From: Chlamydiota bacterium | Lineage (GTDB): Bacteria > Chlamydiota > Chlamydiia > Chlamydiales > SM23-39 | Assembly (NCBI GenBank): GCA_048498835.1 | Contig: JBEHXF010000044.1 | Coordinates: 1-14,413 of the forward strand | Direction: 5' to 3' | Length of the DNA stretch: 14,413 nt | Shown here: positions 1 to 8,351 of the stretch, piece after piece | Layout: each line of letters begins with the position of its first letter | Numbering within the stretch: position 1 is the first letter of the stretch | Notes under the pieces: generated by a model | Database searches by the model: none | What the model saw: the letters and a program-made list of their open reading frames with translations, nothing else | Told to the model about the DNA's origin: nothing | Translations under genes and position numbers: made by a program

Positions 1-886
1 TCGACTGATTGAAGAGATCCCCTTTCAAGGGGCAAAAGGTGCGACAGGTACTCAAAGTTCTTATCTTGCTCTCTTTAATGGGGATCACGAAAAAGTGGTT
101 CAATTGGAAGCTGATATCGCTTCTGCCTTTGATTTTCATAAGACACTTCCCATTTCAGGGCAAACCTATACTCGTAAACTCGATCTCAACATTCTCAACG
201 CTCTTGCTTCTTTTGCAGCAAGTAGCCATAAATTCGCAACCGACCTGCGCCTGTTAGCTCATGAAGGAGAAATGCTGGAACCATTTAGCGCCTCCCAAGT
301 TGGCTCTTCAGCTATGCCTTACAAGCGAAATCCTATTTATAGCGAACGGATTTGCGGCCTTGCTCGCTTTGCCATCTCTTTGTCTCAAAATCCAGCCTAC
401 ACAACAGCCACACAATGGTTAGAACGATCCTTAGATGACTCTTCTAATCGGCGCTTAGCCATACCAGAAGCTTTCCTCAGTGTAGATGCGATCCTTAACC
501 TCCTATCTCATCTTCTTTCAGATCCACAAATCCAGACTGAAACAGCGCTCCAACACCTGACCGAACAGCTACCGCTGCTCTGCATGGAAAATATCCTCAT
601 GGAGGCGGTAAAAAAAGGGGGGAACCGACAACTTCTTCACGAATCCCTCCGCACCCTAGCTTTTGCAGCGCTCAAAACAAAAGATCCGCTGGGACATCTC
701 ATCCATGCAATTGAAAAAGATCATTCTTTTCATCTCTCTAGAAAAGAAATTGAAAAGATCTTGAATATTGAAGAATTGATCGGGCGCGCGCCAGAACAGA
801 CAGCCGATTTTCTACATAAAGAAGTACTTCCCTTGCTGAATCAGTATCCGCTGACAGGTATTAAGATTCCACCAATTGAGATCTAA
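1..886 (+). CDS. purB: Adenylosuccinate lyase, 5'-truncated by window edge
   Basis: The frame is open from position 2 (RLIEEIPFQGAKGATGTQSSYLALFNGDHEKV...), so the GTG at 95 is internal. It carries the fumarate-lyase superfamily signature GSSAMPYKRNP plus GQTYTRK and QWLERSLDDSSNRR. Stop TAA at 884-886. Confidence 0.93.
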   Translation, partial: RLIEEIPFQGAKGATGTQSSYLALFNGDHEKVVQLEADIASAFDFHKTLPISGQTYTRKLDLNILNALASFAASSHKFATDLRLLAHEGEMLEPFSASQVGSSAMPYKRNPIYSERICGLARFAISLSQNPAYTTATQWLERSLDDSSNRRLAIPEAFLSVDAILNLLSHLLSDPQIQTETALQHLTEQLPLLCMENILMEAVKKGGNRQLLHESLRTLAFAALKTKDPLGHLIHAIEKDHSFHLSRKEIEKILNIEELIGRAPEQTADFLHKEVLPLLNQYPLTGIKIPPIEI

Positions 887-1763
887 ACTGAGGCAGCGAT
901 AGATTAAGCAAAATTCGCTTGAGCTTTTGCTGTGTCGCAACCGTTGGGGGAATTAAAGGGAGTCGATATTTTAAACGACAGAGACCAACCTCAGAAGCTA
1001 AATACTTTATGCATTGAGGATTAGGTTCGGTAAAAATCGCCTTGCAAAGAGGCATTAGTTTTTGCGCTAAAGCTTTGCCCTGCGGATTTCCAGCCTTCGA
1101 TAGTTCAATCATCCGCTTCCAGCTTCTTGGCATTAAATTACTAATCACCGAAATAGCTCCGCAAGCGCCCTCTTGCAGAAAATCAAAAGTCAAATCGTCA
1201 TCGCCTGAAAAAAAAGATAAATTCGAGGTCTTTTGCAGAGCTCGCATAAATTCCAAGCTTCCAGTTGAATCCTTAATTCCCACAATTCCTTCGATTTCGC
1301 TCAGCTCACGCAATGTATCAAGCGTAAACCGAAAAACAGCGCGACCTGGATTACAGTAAACAATGACCGGAAGACCAGCTTTAGATACTTCTCGATAGTG
1401 TTCTAAACATCCTCTCTGCGTCGGTTTATTGTAGTAGGGGGTAACTACCAGACTTCCCTTAGCGCCTAGTTTAAGCGCATCGGATGAGAGTAACACGGTT
1501 TCACGTGTGTCAGACGTACCGGTTCCTACGATGACCGGAACCCGATTATTAGAGACTTCCACACAAATCTGCGTGATGGTTTTTCGCTCAGATCGATTCA
1601 ATGTACAAGATTCGCCGGTTGTTCCGCAGCAGACAATTCCATCAGTGCCTTCCCGGATTTGCCAATCGACCAGATCTTCTAATCTTCTTCGATCGATGCG
1701 ACCATTGGGAGTAAACGGGGTGATTAAGGCGACAAGAGAGCCATTGAAAAGTTTTTTGGACAT
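861..1763 (-). CDS. dapA: 4-hydroxy-tetrahydrodipicolinate synthase
   Basis: Motifs ALITPF, GTTGES, TPYYNKP, YxxPGR, GIKDS (Schiff-base Lys), SGDD and GAISVISN; 300 aa. Confidence 0.95.
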   Translation of the reverse strand: MSKKLFNGSLVALITPFTPNGRIDRRRLEDLVDWQIREGTDGIVCCGTTGESCTLNRSERKTITQICVEVSNNRVPVIVGTGTSDTRETVLLSSDALKLGAKGSLVVTPYYNKPTQRGCLEHYREVSKAGLPVIVYCNPGRAVFRFTLDTLRELSEIEGIVGIKDSTGSLEFMRALQKTSNLSFFSGDDDLTFDFLQEGACGAISVISNLMPRSWKRMIELSKAGNPQGKALAQKLMPLCKAIFTEPNPQCIKYLASEVGLCRLKYRLPLIPPTVATQQKLKRILLNLSLPQFRSQLVES

Positions 1764-1794
1764 AAATTTATATTGTCACTCAAAAACTTAACGA

Positions 1795-2196
1795 TCAAGC
1801 CCCGTTGTTTTTTCCCTTTGAATTTTGCAATGTGGAAAATTTTTCTTCGGCCGCGATTTCAGACAGCATTTCATGGCATTTTCTAGCGACTTCTAAAAAT
1901 TGAAGCACCAACTGTCTGGTCGTCGGTTGAAAGCCCCACTGAAAGGGCACTTCTTGTACAAGCCTTACATTTTGATTTTCATCGAAGGAAAAACGTGTTT
2001 TATATGGCTCAAATGAATGCTCTTTTCTCGCTTCAACATAACTTAAGATCGAACGAGGCACTTGAAGACCTGACTGATAAATCGGAGCTGACAATACAAA
2101 TATTTTCTTACCAAGATCAAAGTCAATTTTAATTTGACTTTTCATGGGAGTTCGCACTAATCGAGATAAAAGCCCTTCTAATTCATCAAATGACAT
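1795..2196 (-). CDS. Hypothetical protein (~133 aa), possibly T3SS-chaperone/YbjN-like fold
   Basis: The ORF fills the gap upstream of dapA on the same strand. ATG at 2196 is preceded by SD-like AAGGGTGG and is preferred over TTG 2217. The fold guess rests only on size and strand/helix pattern. Confidence 0.6.
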   Translation of the reverse strand: MSFDELEGLLSRLVRTPMKSQIKIDFDLGKKIFVLSAPIYQSGLQVPRSILSYVEARKEHSFEPYKTRFSFDENQNVRLVQEVPFQWGFQPTTRQLVLQFLEVARKCHEMLSEIAAEEKFSTLQNSKGKNNGA

Positions 2197-2307
2197 AGAA
2201 ATAACCCACCCTTTCAATGTATTCTACCACAATTAATAATATTAATCTCGAGATATGATTAACTAAAAATAGAGGTTGAATTTCCATCTCAATTAGCATT
2301 AAAATAG

Positions 2308-2700
2308 ATGATAAAAAAATTTATGCCCAAAATTTACCACAATCAAACACACGAGCAGCAAATTTTTGATTTGCGAAAACGAGAAGCCGCGAAGAGCCAA
2401 GCAGGAAAAGAGCTGAAATCGGCTCAGCTTAAGCTATCCGCCGCAGTCAAAACTTTTTTTAATTCCTACGGAAAATATCCTGGCATCAAAGAAAATGACT
2501 TTTCCGCAAGTTATCGACTAGTTAAAAAAATACGTAAAGTTAAGCCAACGAAAACGCATTATTCAAGCGATGAAACTTTAATGCTAGCAATTGAAGCTTA
2601 TGAGCTCGCTTACCAAAAAAGCAAACAGGATCCAATCACAAAAGCTGCTTACGAGGCAAAAAGGGAGCTAAAAAGTAAAGCTGCTTTACAGCCAAGCTGA
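2308..2700 (+). CDS. Hypothetical Lys/Ala-rich basic helical protein
   Basis: 130-aa ORF filling the space after an AT-rich intergenic region; alternative ATG at 2323. No motif recognised. Its 3' end overlaps the convergent gene by 15 nt. Confidence 0.6.
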   Translation: MIKKFMPKIYHNQTHEQQIFDLRKREAAKSQAGKELKSAQLKLSAAVKTFFNSYGKYPGIKENDFSASYRLVKKIRKVKPTKTHYSSDETLMLAIEAYELAYQKSKQDPITKAAYEAKRELKSKAALQPS

Positions 2701-3639
2701 ACCCCACTCAGCATCGCGTGCTGACCGATAATGTTCTTTATCTTTTCGAGTGACCACAAGATTTCTTAGTTCACCATCAGAACAACAGAGGGGCAACTTT
2801 ACATGTCCGCTCCCTTTATTAGGAGAATAGACTACACGCCCTTGAATAGGGGAAACAGAGAGCCGAGTTAAAACCACATAAGAAAACTTCTCATCCTCAT
2901 AACCTAAAGTTCCTCCTTTTAATTGCCGATGCAATCTGGTCCGTTCAATTCTTGCAGGAAAATGACACCAATCTGTGGTTCCTGCCATGGGACATCTCAA
3001 TCGGTGAGGACAGGGAGCTACAACCTGCGCGCCCCATTCAATACCCTTATCTCTTAGTGCAATGATCCGTTCATAACCCTTTGGCGTGCCTGGTTCGATC
3101 AAAACAATGACTGGAATCTCTCGCTTCCAAAGCCTTTCTACGATCGCTAAACCCTCTTCCCATTTCATTTCGCCTAAAACATAAGAGAGGACGGCCAAGT
3201 CAACCTTTGGAAACTCTGTTTCTCTCTCTAGCGCACCTCGGGTCCACTTTGCTTGCGTCCATCCACTTAGTTTTTTCCCCATCTCAATTGCTTCGGCTTC
3301 CCGTTCAATCAAATGGAGATCTTTTAAATCACCAAAAACCTCAAGTCCTGCCCAAGTAGCTGACCCAGGACCCGCCCCCAAATCCAGCATCGATTCCACT
3401 CTCAATGCTGGCATTCGAGAACGCACTTCTTCAAATACCCGATGGCAAACTGCAAAAGTAGCTGGAAAGCGGGTAATTAAATAGGAGATCAATTGCGTTC
3501 GATTGCCAAAAGCGCGGTGAGAATCGGCTCCGCTTCTATAGTCAGCGCTGACTCGTTCGCGTCCTTCTCTCAATGACTTTATATTGCAAGAGTCGGCCAA
3601 TGTTTCAATGGCTTGCTGCAGATGTTCGGGAAGTTGCAT
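2686..3639 (-). CDS. Rsm22/METTL17-family SAM-dependent small-subunit rRNA methyltransferase-like protein
   Basis: SAM motif LDLGAGPGSA, family motifs IEPGTPKGY, APCPH..RCP...WCHF and EDEKFSY, C-terminal WG. Confidence 0.88.
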   Translation of the reverse strand: MQLPEHLQQAIETLADSCNIKSLREGRERVSADYRSGADSHRAFGNRTQLISYLITRFPATFAVCHRVFEEVRSRMPALRVESMLDLGAGPGSATWAGLEVFGDLKDLHLIEREAEAIEMGKKLSGWTQAKWTRGALERETEFPKVDLAVLSYVLGEMKWEEGLAIVERLWKREIPVIVLIEPGTPKGYERIIALRDKGIEWGAQVVAPCPHRLRCPMAGTTDWCHFPARIERTRLHRQLKGGTLGYEDEKFSYVVLTRLSVSPIQGRVVYSPNKGSGHVKLPLCCSDGELRNLVVTRKDKEHYRSARDAEWGSAWL

Positions 3640-3642
3640 AGT

Positions 3643-4491
3643 TTAGTGAATTCTAATAGAAGCTTTTGCAGAAAGTCCTGACTGAAGAGGGAAATGGTCA
3701 GCGACGAGTTTCACTTTAAATTTGCCATTCTCAACAATTGGGCTTATCCAGCTTATCGAAGCAGACCATTTTTTACCTGGATAAGAGAGAAATTCTACCG
3801 TTGCTACAGAACCAATTTGAACATAAGTCAATAGCGATTCGGGAATTTCAGCCTCGACCCACCGCTGCTTGGCATCGCATACAAGTAACACCGACTCACC
3901 AGCAGTAGCAAATTCACCGGCTTGTTTCAACTGACGCAATACAATGCCTTCAAAAGGAGCAGGTGAACTAAGCCCTTCTATTTTCTTTTTCAGGGAGTCT
4001 CTCTCACTCAACAAAATAGTCAACTCTTGTTCTAAATCAGCACCATTTTGTTGCGCCTCTTGCACATCGGATAAAAAGATATCCATTACTTCAGGCTGTG
4101 CATGGATGTAGCTTTGCATCGCCTGTTCTAAACGTTCTTTTTCTTCTTCAATGCGAAGTTTAGCGTTTTCAATTTCCGATTCGAGATTGTTGAGCTGTCC
4201 AGAAAGCAGTCCATTTTGGATAGAAAGCAAAAATTGCCCCTGATGGAAAAAATCGCCTTCTTGAAACGCATACCCTTCTAGCTTACCCGATTCTACAGCG
4301 CTAATTTGCATGGTAGCGCTTTGCAATATAGCCTGCTGAGTCGTGTAAAATGGACGAATAGCTTTCCACCAATATGCACCCAATCCAACGCCTAATAAAA
4401 ACGCCATAACCAAGGTAGAGCGAATGGAAAAAATGGATTTCCAATGCAAATCAGGAATGGAGATTTGAAACGTTCTCTTCGAATTTGTCAT
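3643..4491 (-). CDS. HlyD/EmrA-family membrane-fusion (periplasmic adaptor) protein
   Basis: N-terminal TM segment (LVMAFLLGVGLGAYWW), lipoyl half-motifs (EGDFFHQGQFL; APFEGIV...GEFATAGE) flanking a coiled-coil hairpin, and beta-barrel motif WVEAEIPES.L..VQIG. Confidence 0.85.
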   Translation of the reverse strand: MTNSKRTFQISIPDLHWKSIFSIRSTLVMAFLLGVGLGAYWWKAIRPFYTTQQAILQSATMQISAVESGKLEGYAFQEGDFFHQGQFLLSIQNGLLSGQLNNLESEIENAKLRIEEEKERLEQAMQSYIHAQPEVMDIFLSDVQEAQQNGADLEQELTILLSERDSLKKKIEGLSSPAPFEGIVLRQLKQAGEFATAGESVLLVCDAKQRWVEAEIPESLLTYVQIGSVATVEFLSYPGKKWSASISWISPIVENGKFKVKLVADHFPLQSGLSAKASIRIH

Positions 4492-4681
4492 TCTTTACAG
4501 TCCAGTTGCGCGCAACGCGCTGTAGCTGATTGGAACACTCAACAAGCGAATCGGCCCTAGCTATGGCGATCTCTAAATCATTCAGCAAAACATTTAATTC
4601 TTTTTTTGATTCAGGTCGATCTTTTTCCGAAATCCAATCAGCGAGCTGATCAATCCAGGGAGCATCTTGTACAAGAGTCAT
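4451..4681 (-). CDS. Small hypothetical protein (76 aa)
   Basis: ATG 17 nt downstream of the MFS stop. It fills the gap to the adaptor gene, has amphipathic helical composition and overlaps the adaptor ORF by 41 nt. Confidence 0.5.
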   Translation of the reverse strand: MTLVQDAPWIDQLADWISEKDRPESKKELNVLLNDLEIAIARADSLVECSNQLQRVARNWTVKNDKFEENVSNLHS

Positions 4682-4698
4682 ATCCCCAGATTAGTGGA

Positions 4699-5937
4699 TT
4701 AGGTTCGATCTTTCAAGGTGAAATAGATGATACCCGCAGCCAAACTAGCTGCCGCTCCCATAACGAAGGGAAACCCGATGAAAACTTGATAGGCCACCCC
4801 TCCAATCGCAGGGGCAATCGCCATTGCTAACGATTGAACCGACTGACTGATACCTAAAATTTTTCCCTGCATATGCTTGGGAGCTGCATTCGAAATAACA
4901 TTCGTACAGAGCGGCCAAGCCAAGCCACCGATGATCACGCAACCCGCTAATACAGCCAACATAAAATAAATGTGAGTCGGAAAGATGATCAAACCGCATA
5001 AGAAGGTAAAACCAAGCAAACACACTTCTAAAATTCTCAGTGGAGAAAAATAGTGCAAAAGCCATTTGCTTAAATATCCTGAACCCAATGCCCAACAAAT
5101 TCCCATGTAAAGGGCCAAGTCTCCAATGTTTGAATTGGTAAACCCAAATTTTCTCACGACTAAAACAGGCGTAAATTGAAACAAAACGGTCCAAGCAAAC
5201 AAAAATAAAAAGTAGATTGTGTAGATGCGCTTGATCTTCTCAGTTTTTAAGGCAGCTTTTATATTTTGGAAAGATTCCAAAAAATTAAATCGAACTTTTG
5301 GATCGATAGTACCCGTTTCATGAAAACCAAAAATTAAAAATAAGCAGTTTATAGCCGTTAAAGCCGAGGCAATCCAAATGGGGAAATAGGGTGTAAAGAG
5401 GGGATAGATCGTAGGATCGGACAACTTGCCTCCGACAAAAGCCCCTCCAATAAAAGATAAGCCCGCAATCACCGATAAATAACCGAAATTTTTGACCCGG
5501 TGTTTTTCATCTCGACTCACATCGGATACGCAGGTGAGACAGATGGACATATTGCTCGCAAAAATGCCGGTCACCAATCGACCGGCGAACAAAATACCAA
5601 GATGGCTTTGCTGCATCCCCCAAGCAGTGAGGACAAAGCCGATCAGCGTAAAAAATACACTGAAAACCAAGGCCTTTTTCCGTCCATTTCGATCAGCATA
5701 TTCCCCTAAAAAGGGAGCCCCCAAAAACTGCCCCAACGAAAAAGCCATCAGAAAAAATCCCAAAATAGTCGTACGCGTTTCAATGGAGACGTCGGCTGAA
5801 AAAAGCTTATGATTAAAATCTAAAAAGTAGGGAGCGAAGATCGGAAAGACAATCGACCAACTCATGTTGTCGATAAAAAATGTGAAGAAGACCGAGGCTA
5901 AGCTGAGCCTCGACCTCCGTAGCTGTTCCGGGGTCAT
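4699..5937 (-). CDS. MFS transporter, DHA1/TetA-like drug:H+ antiporter
   Basis: About 12 hydrophobic segments, TM1 Asp (FFIDNM), motif A GEYADRNGRK, GRLVTGI and motif C-like GLSFIGGAFVGG. ATG 5937 is preferred to TTG 5982, which lies inside ung. Confidence 0.9.
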   Translation of the reverse strand: MTPEQLRRSRLSLASVFFTFFIDNMSWSIVFPIFAPYFLDFNHKLFSADVSIETRTTILGFFLMAFSLGQFLGAPFLGEYADRNGRKKALVFSVFFTLIGFVLTAWGMQQSHLGILFAGRLVTGIFASNMSICLTCVSDVSRDEKHRVKNFGYLSVIAGLSFIGGAFVGGKLSDPTIYPLFTPYFPIWIASALTAINCLFLIFGFHETGTIDPKVRFNFLESFQNIKAALKTEKIKRIYTIYFLFLFAWTVLFQFTPVLVVRKFGFTNSNIGDLALYMGICWALGSGYLSKWLLHYFSPLRILEVCLLGFTFLCGLIIFPTHIYFMLAVLAGCVIIGGLAWPLCTNVISNAAPKHMQGKILGISQSVQSLAMAIAPAIGGVAYQVFIGFPFVMGAAASLAAGIIYFTLKDRT

Positions 5938-5953
5938 AAACCGGACTATAGGA

Positions 5954-6655
5954 CTAGTGGATTGTCCAGTCAATGGGAACAATTCCCTTTTGCTTTAAAA
6001 ATTCATTCGCCTTCGAAAAATGCTTGCATCCGAGAAAGCCTGCATGTGCCGACAAAGGCGATGGGTGGGGACTGATTAAAACCAAATGATGGCTCTTGCC
6101 ACCTGCTTGAATGTGTTGGAATTTATCCAAAGCCGATTTGCCCCATAGCATAAAGACCAATGGCTCTTTCCTTTCACACAATAATTGAATCACACGATCG
6201 GTAAACATCTCCCAGCCCTGCCCAAAATGAGACTTTGGCTCCCCATCCCTCACCGTTAAGGTAGCATTTAGAAGCAACACCCCCTGCTCAGCCCACTGGA
6301 CCAAACAACCATGTTTCGGGGGAGTAATACCCAAATCAGCCTTAATTTCCTTAAAAATATTGACCAAAGACGGGGGCGGAAGCACTCCCATGGGTACACT
6401 AAAGGACATCCCGTGTGCCTGTCCAGGTCCATGATAGGGGTCTTGGCCCATGATGACCACCTTGACCCGATCGAATGGAGTTTGGCAAAAGGCATTAAAA
6501 ATCAGCTCAAAAGGGGGATAAACAACCGCACCCCGGCTGATCTCATCAGCCAGGAAAGCCTCCAGTTTCTTCATGTAAGGCTTTTCAAATTCCGATTCCA
6601 ATTTCTCTAGCCAGGACTTATCCATTAAAGCTTTTCTTTTCATTGCTTCAACCAT
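5954..6655 (-). CDS. ung: Uracil-DNA glycosylase, family 1
   Basis: Motifs VKVVIMGQDPYH, PPSLVNIFKE, GVLLLNATLTV and HPSPLS. The start could be 6655, 6643 or 6625. Confidence 0.97.
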   Translation of the reverse strand: MVEAMKRKALMDKSWLEKLESEFEKPYMKKLEAFLADEISRGAVVYPPFELIFNAFCQTPFDRVKVVIMGQDPYHGPGQAHGMSFSVPMGVLPPPSLVNIFKEIKADLGITPPKHGCLVQWAEQGVLLLNATLTVRDGEPKSHFGQGWEMFTDRVIQLLCERKEPLVFMLWGKSALDKFQHIQAGGKSHHLVLISPHPSPLSAHAGFLGCKHFSKANEFLKQKGIVPIDWTIH

Positions 6656-6700
6656 ACATTCCCCAAATGTTGACGAATCCCCACTAGAGTAAATTGTCCG

Positions 6701-6730
6701 TTGACAGAAAGCAACTTATAGCCCTAAAAT
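6701..6730 (+). promoter_or_regulatory. sigma70/sigma66-type promoter for the 6758 ORF and tRNA-Pro
   Basis: TTGACA (6701-6706), 18-nt spacer, TAAAAT (6725-6730); SD GGAG at 6748-6751 before ATG 6758. Confidence 0.65.
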
Positions 6731-6757
6731 TTGAGCTTTTCCAAACTGGAGTGACCG

Positions 6758-7045
6758 ATGAAAGACCTGGCTGAAAACAATCTGATCCGCTTTACTAACG
6801 TCACTCGAAAAAAGGATGCGATCCTCGCTAATTTTAAAGTGAAGGGTCTACGCAATGGGGTTGTCTTTTCAGCTTCAATCGCTGTCGACATTACAGCTCT
6901 CGAACTGCATCCTGGCGACACTTTGGAAAAAATCATTGAAGAATGCGCCCGTCATGGCGTGAAAGAATTTAAAAAAGCCGATTTCCAATTCGAAGGAATT
7001 ACGGCATCGTCTCCTGAATATCTGGGTGTAGCGCAGCTTGGCTAG
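6758..7045 (+). CDS. Hypothetical protein (95 aa); 3' end overlaps tRNA-Pro
   Basis: It has its own promoter and SD and a globular alpha/beta-like composition. Stop TAG 7043-7045 lies within the tRNA D-arm. Confidence 0.8.
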   Translation: MKDLAENNLIRFTNVTRKKDAILANFKVKGLRNGVVFSASIAVDITALELHPGDTLEKIIEECARHGVKEFKKADFQFEGITASSPEYLGVAQLG

Positions 7046-7096
7046 CGCGTTTGCATGGGGTGCAAGAGGTCGGAGGTTCAAATCCTCTCACCCAGA
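7022..7096 (+). tRNA. tRNA-Pro (anticodon GGG), CCA not encoded
   Basis: Acceptor stem CTGGGTG/CACCCAG with discriminator A; D-arm GCGC-AGCTTGGCTA-GCGC; anticodon arm TTTGC-ATGGGGT-GCAAG; T-arm GGAGG-TTCAAAT-CCTCT. Confidence 0.97.
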
Positions 7097-7104
7097 TTTC
7101 TTTT

Positions 7105-8256
7105 CTAATCCCTTTTGATAATTTGAATTTTGCTGATGGCAAACGCTAAGGGAAAGTAATTTCGGTTTTTTTTCTGAGGAAAAATTTCTCCATAGGGAAA
7201 TGTTGTGAGAGAAAAAAACGAGAGTTGGGTAGGAGTAGCTTTGATCAAGTCAGCGGGAACTCTACCGTAGTATGTTGAAAATTCATTTTTATCTATTTGA
7301 AGCAGCTCAATTTCTACATCATTAATTTTGACTCTTGGAAAAATTTCGGTTTTGGCAGGTAACGCTGAAAAATAGAGACCGTAGTCGTTTCCCTCATCGA
7401 GGGAAAAATAGATCGTAGCGGGTTTATCCATAACCCATCTATAAGTAGATGGCCCTACTTCTCTATAACTCCAGTCTTTCCCATTGAGCGGTTGATCAAA
7501 GGTATAATCAATGAAGTTAGATTTCTGAATGATTCGATCAAAGGTGTGATTTCTAAGGATATAAGAAGTATCCTTACTCTTAAAATGGCTTCTTGCAAAT
7601 TCATAAAGTTGAAGATCGAGTAAATTCAGATTTCTTATTTCCTCGAGAAGCTGGTTGCTCACTTCTGTTTTATTCGTATTGTTCAGCAAGGGAATATCAC
7701 TTTCGTGAAGATCGACTCCTAGATGCTGGAAGAGAGCGAGTACATCTTGAGTAAAGGATTCAAAGAAAAGAACTGAGTCTAACGTTAGAAGGGCCTCTTT
7801 CGCGCTTTCTAACAAGGCTTCTCCTTCTAAATTTGGATTGGTGCACAAATGTCTACAGAGCCCATTATCGACGAAGTCTTTCTTGTACTTCTTCAAATGA
7901 AGAAGAGACTGTAGGTTCGGCAACAGCGGTTCTGCACGTTTTTTCGCGCGCAAAAAGGAAAGAAAGCGTTCAATCGGTTCTCTGAGAATCGTCACTTTAT
8001 AAGATTCTTCAAATTTCGGATCTATTTGCTTACAAAACCAGTAGGGAAAATGGCCAGAAACTAGTTCGTGGGATACAGGCCCTAGTTGCTGGAAGGGGTT
8101 GCGATAAGGATAGATCTGATCAACGCTGAGCTGGGCTTCTAATAAAAACCGAAGAGTCGTTCCACCAGTTTTGGGGATGTGTATAAAATAGAGCCTTCCT
8201 TCAGAAAAATAGGGAATAATAATAAGAAGAAGAATTCTAAGGCAGAATTGAATCAC
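7105..8256 (-). CDS. Sulfotransferase (Sulfotransfer_2-like) with N-terminal signal/anchor and an extra C-terminal beta-rich domain
   Basis: 5'-PSB motif FIHIPKTGGTT, 3'-PB motif TILREPIERFLS and C-terminal N.LDLQLYEFA. GTG 8256 is preceded by GAGGA and lies downstream of the predicted promoter, so it is preferred to TTG 8277. Confidence 0.88.
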   Translation of the reverse strand: MIQFCLRILLLIIIPYFSEGRLYFIHIPKTGGTTLRFLLEAQLSVDQIYPYRNPFQQLGPVSHELVSGHFPYWFCKQIDPKFEESYKVTILREPIERFLSFLRAKKRAEPLLPNLQSLLHLKKYKKDFVDNGLCRHLCTNPNLEGEALLESAKEALLTLDSVLFFESFTQDVLALFQHLGVDLHESDIPLLNNTNKTEVSNQLLEEIRNLNLLDLQLYEFARSHFKSKDTSYILRNHTFDRIIQKSNFIDYTFDQPLNGKDWSYREVGPSTYRWVMDKPATIYFSLDEGNDYGLYFSALPAKTEIFPRVKINDVEIELLQIDKNEFSTYYGRVPADLIKATPTQLSFFSLTTFPYGEIFPQKKNRNYFPLAFAISKIQIIKRD

Positions 8257-8278
8257 CGTTCCTCGCAATTGAGGCAAG

Positions 8279-8326
8279 AGTATGAAGAAATTTCCGCTTG
8301 TTTGTCAAAAATTTTTTCGCTATCCT
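8279..8326. promoter_or_regulatory. Overlapping divergent sigma70-type promoters
   Basis: Minus strand: TTGACA (8308-8303), N18, CATACT (8284-8279). Plus strand: TTGTTT (8298-8303), N17, TATCCT (8321-8326). Confidence 0.45.
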
Positions 8327-8351
8327 TTTTGGGAAAAATTTAGTAGTACTA

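Noticed and set aside
1497..1512. parS-like GGTTTCACGTGTGTCA in dapA
   Set aside because: Four mismatches with one degenerate arm; compatible with chance.
1831..1839. Isolated consensus DnaA box (TTTTCCACA, minus strand) upstream of dapA; also a lone TTATCGACA at 5868-5876
   Set aside because: Single 9-mers inside coding sequence are expected by chance; there is no cluster or AT-rich tract.
2228..2305. AT-rich palindromic spacer as a second origin or an sRNA
   Set aside because: No DnaA boxes and no stable hairpin; adequately explained as a divergent promoter region.
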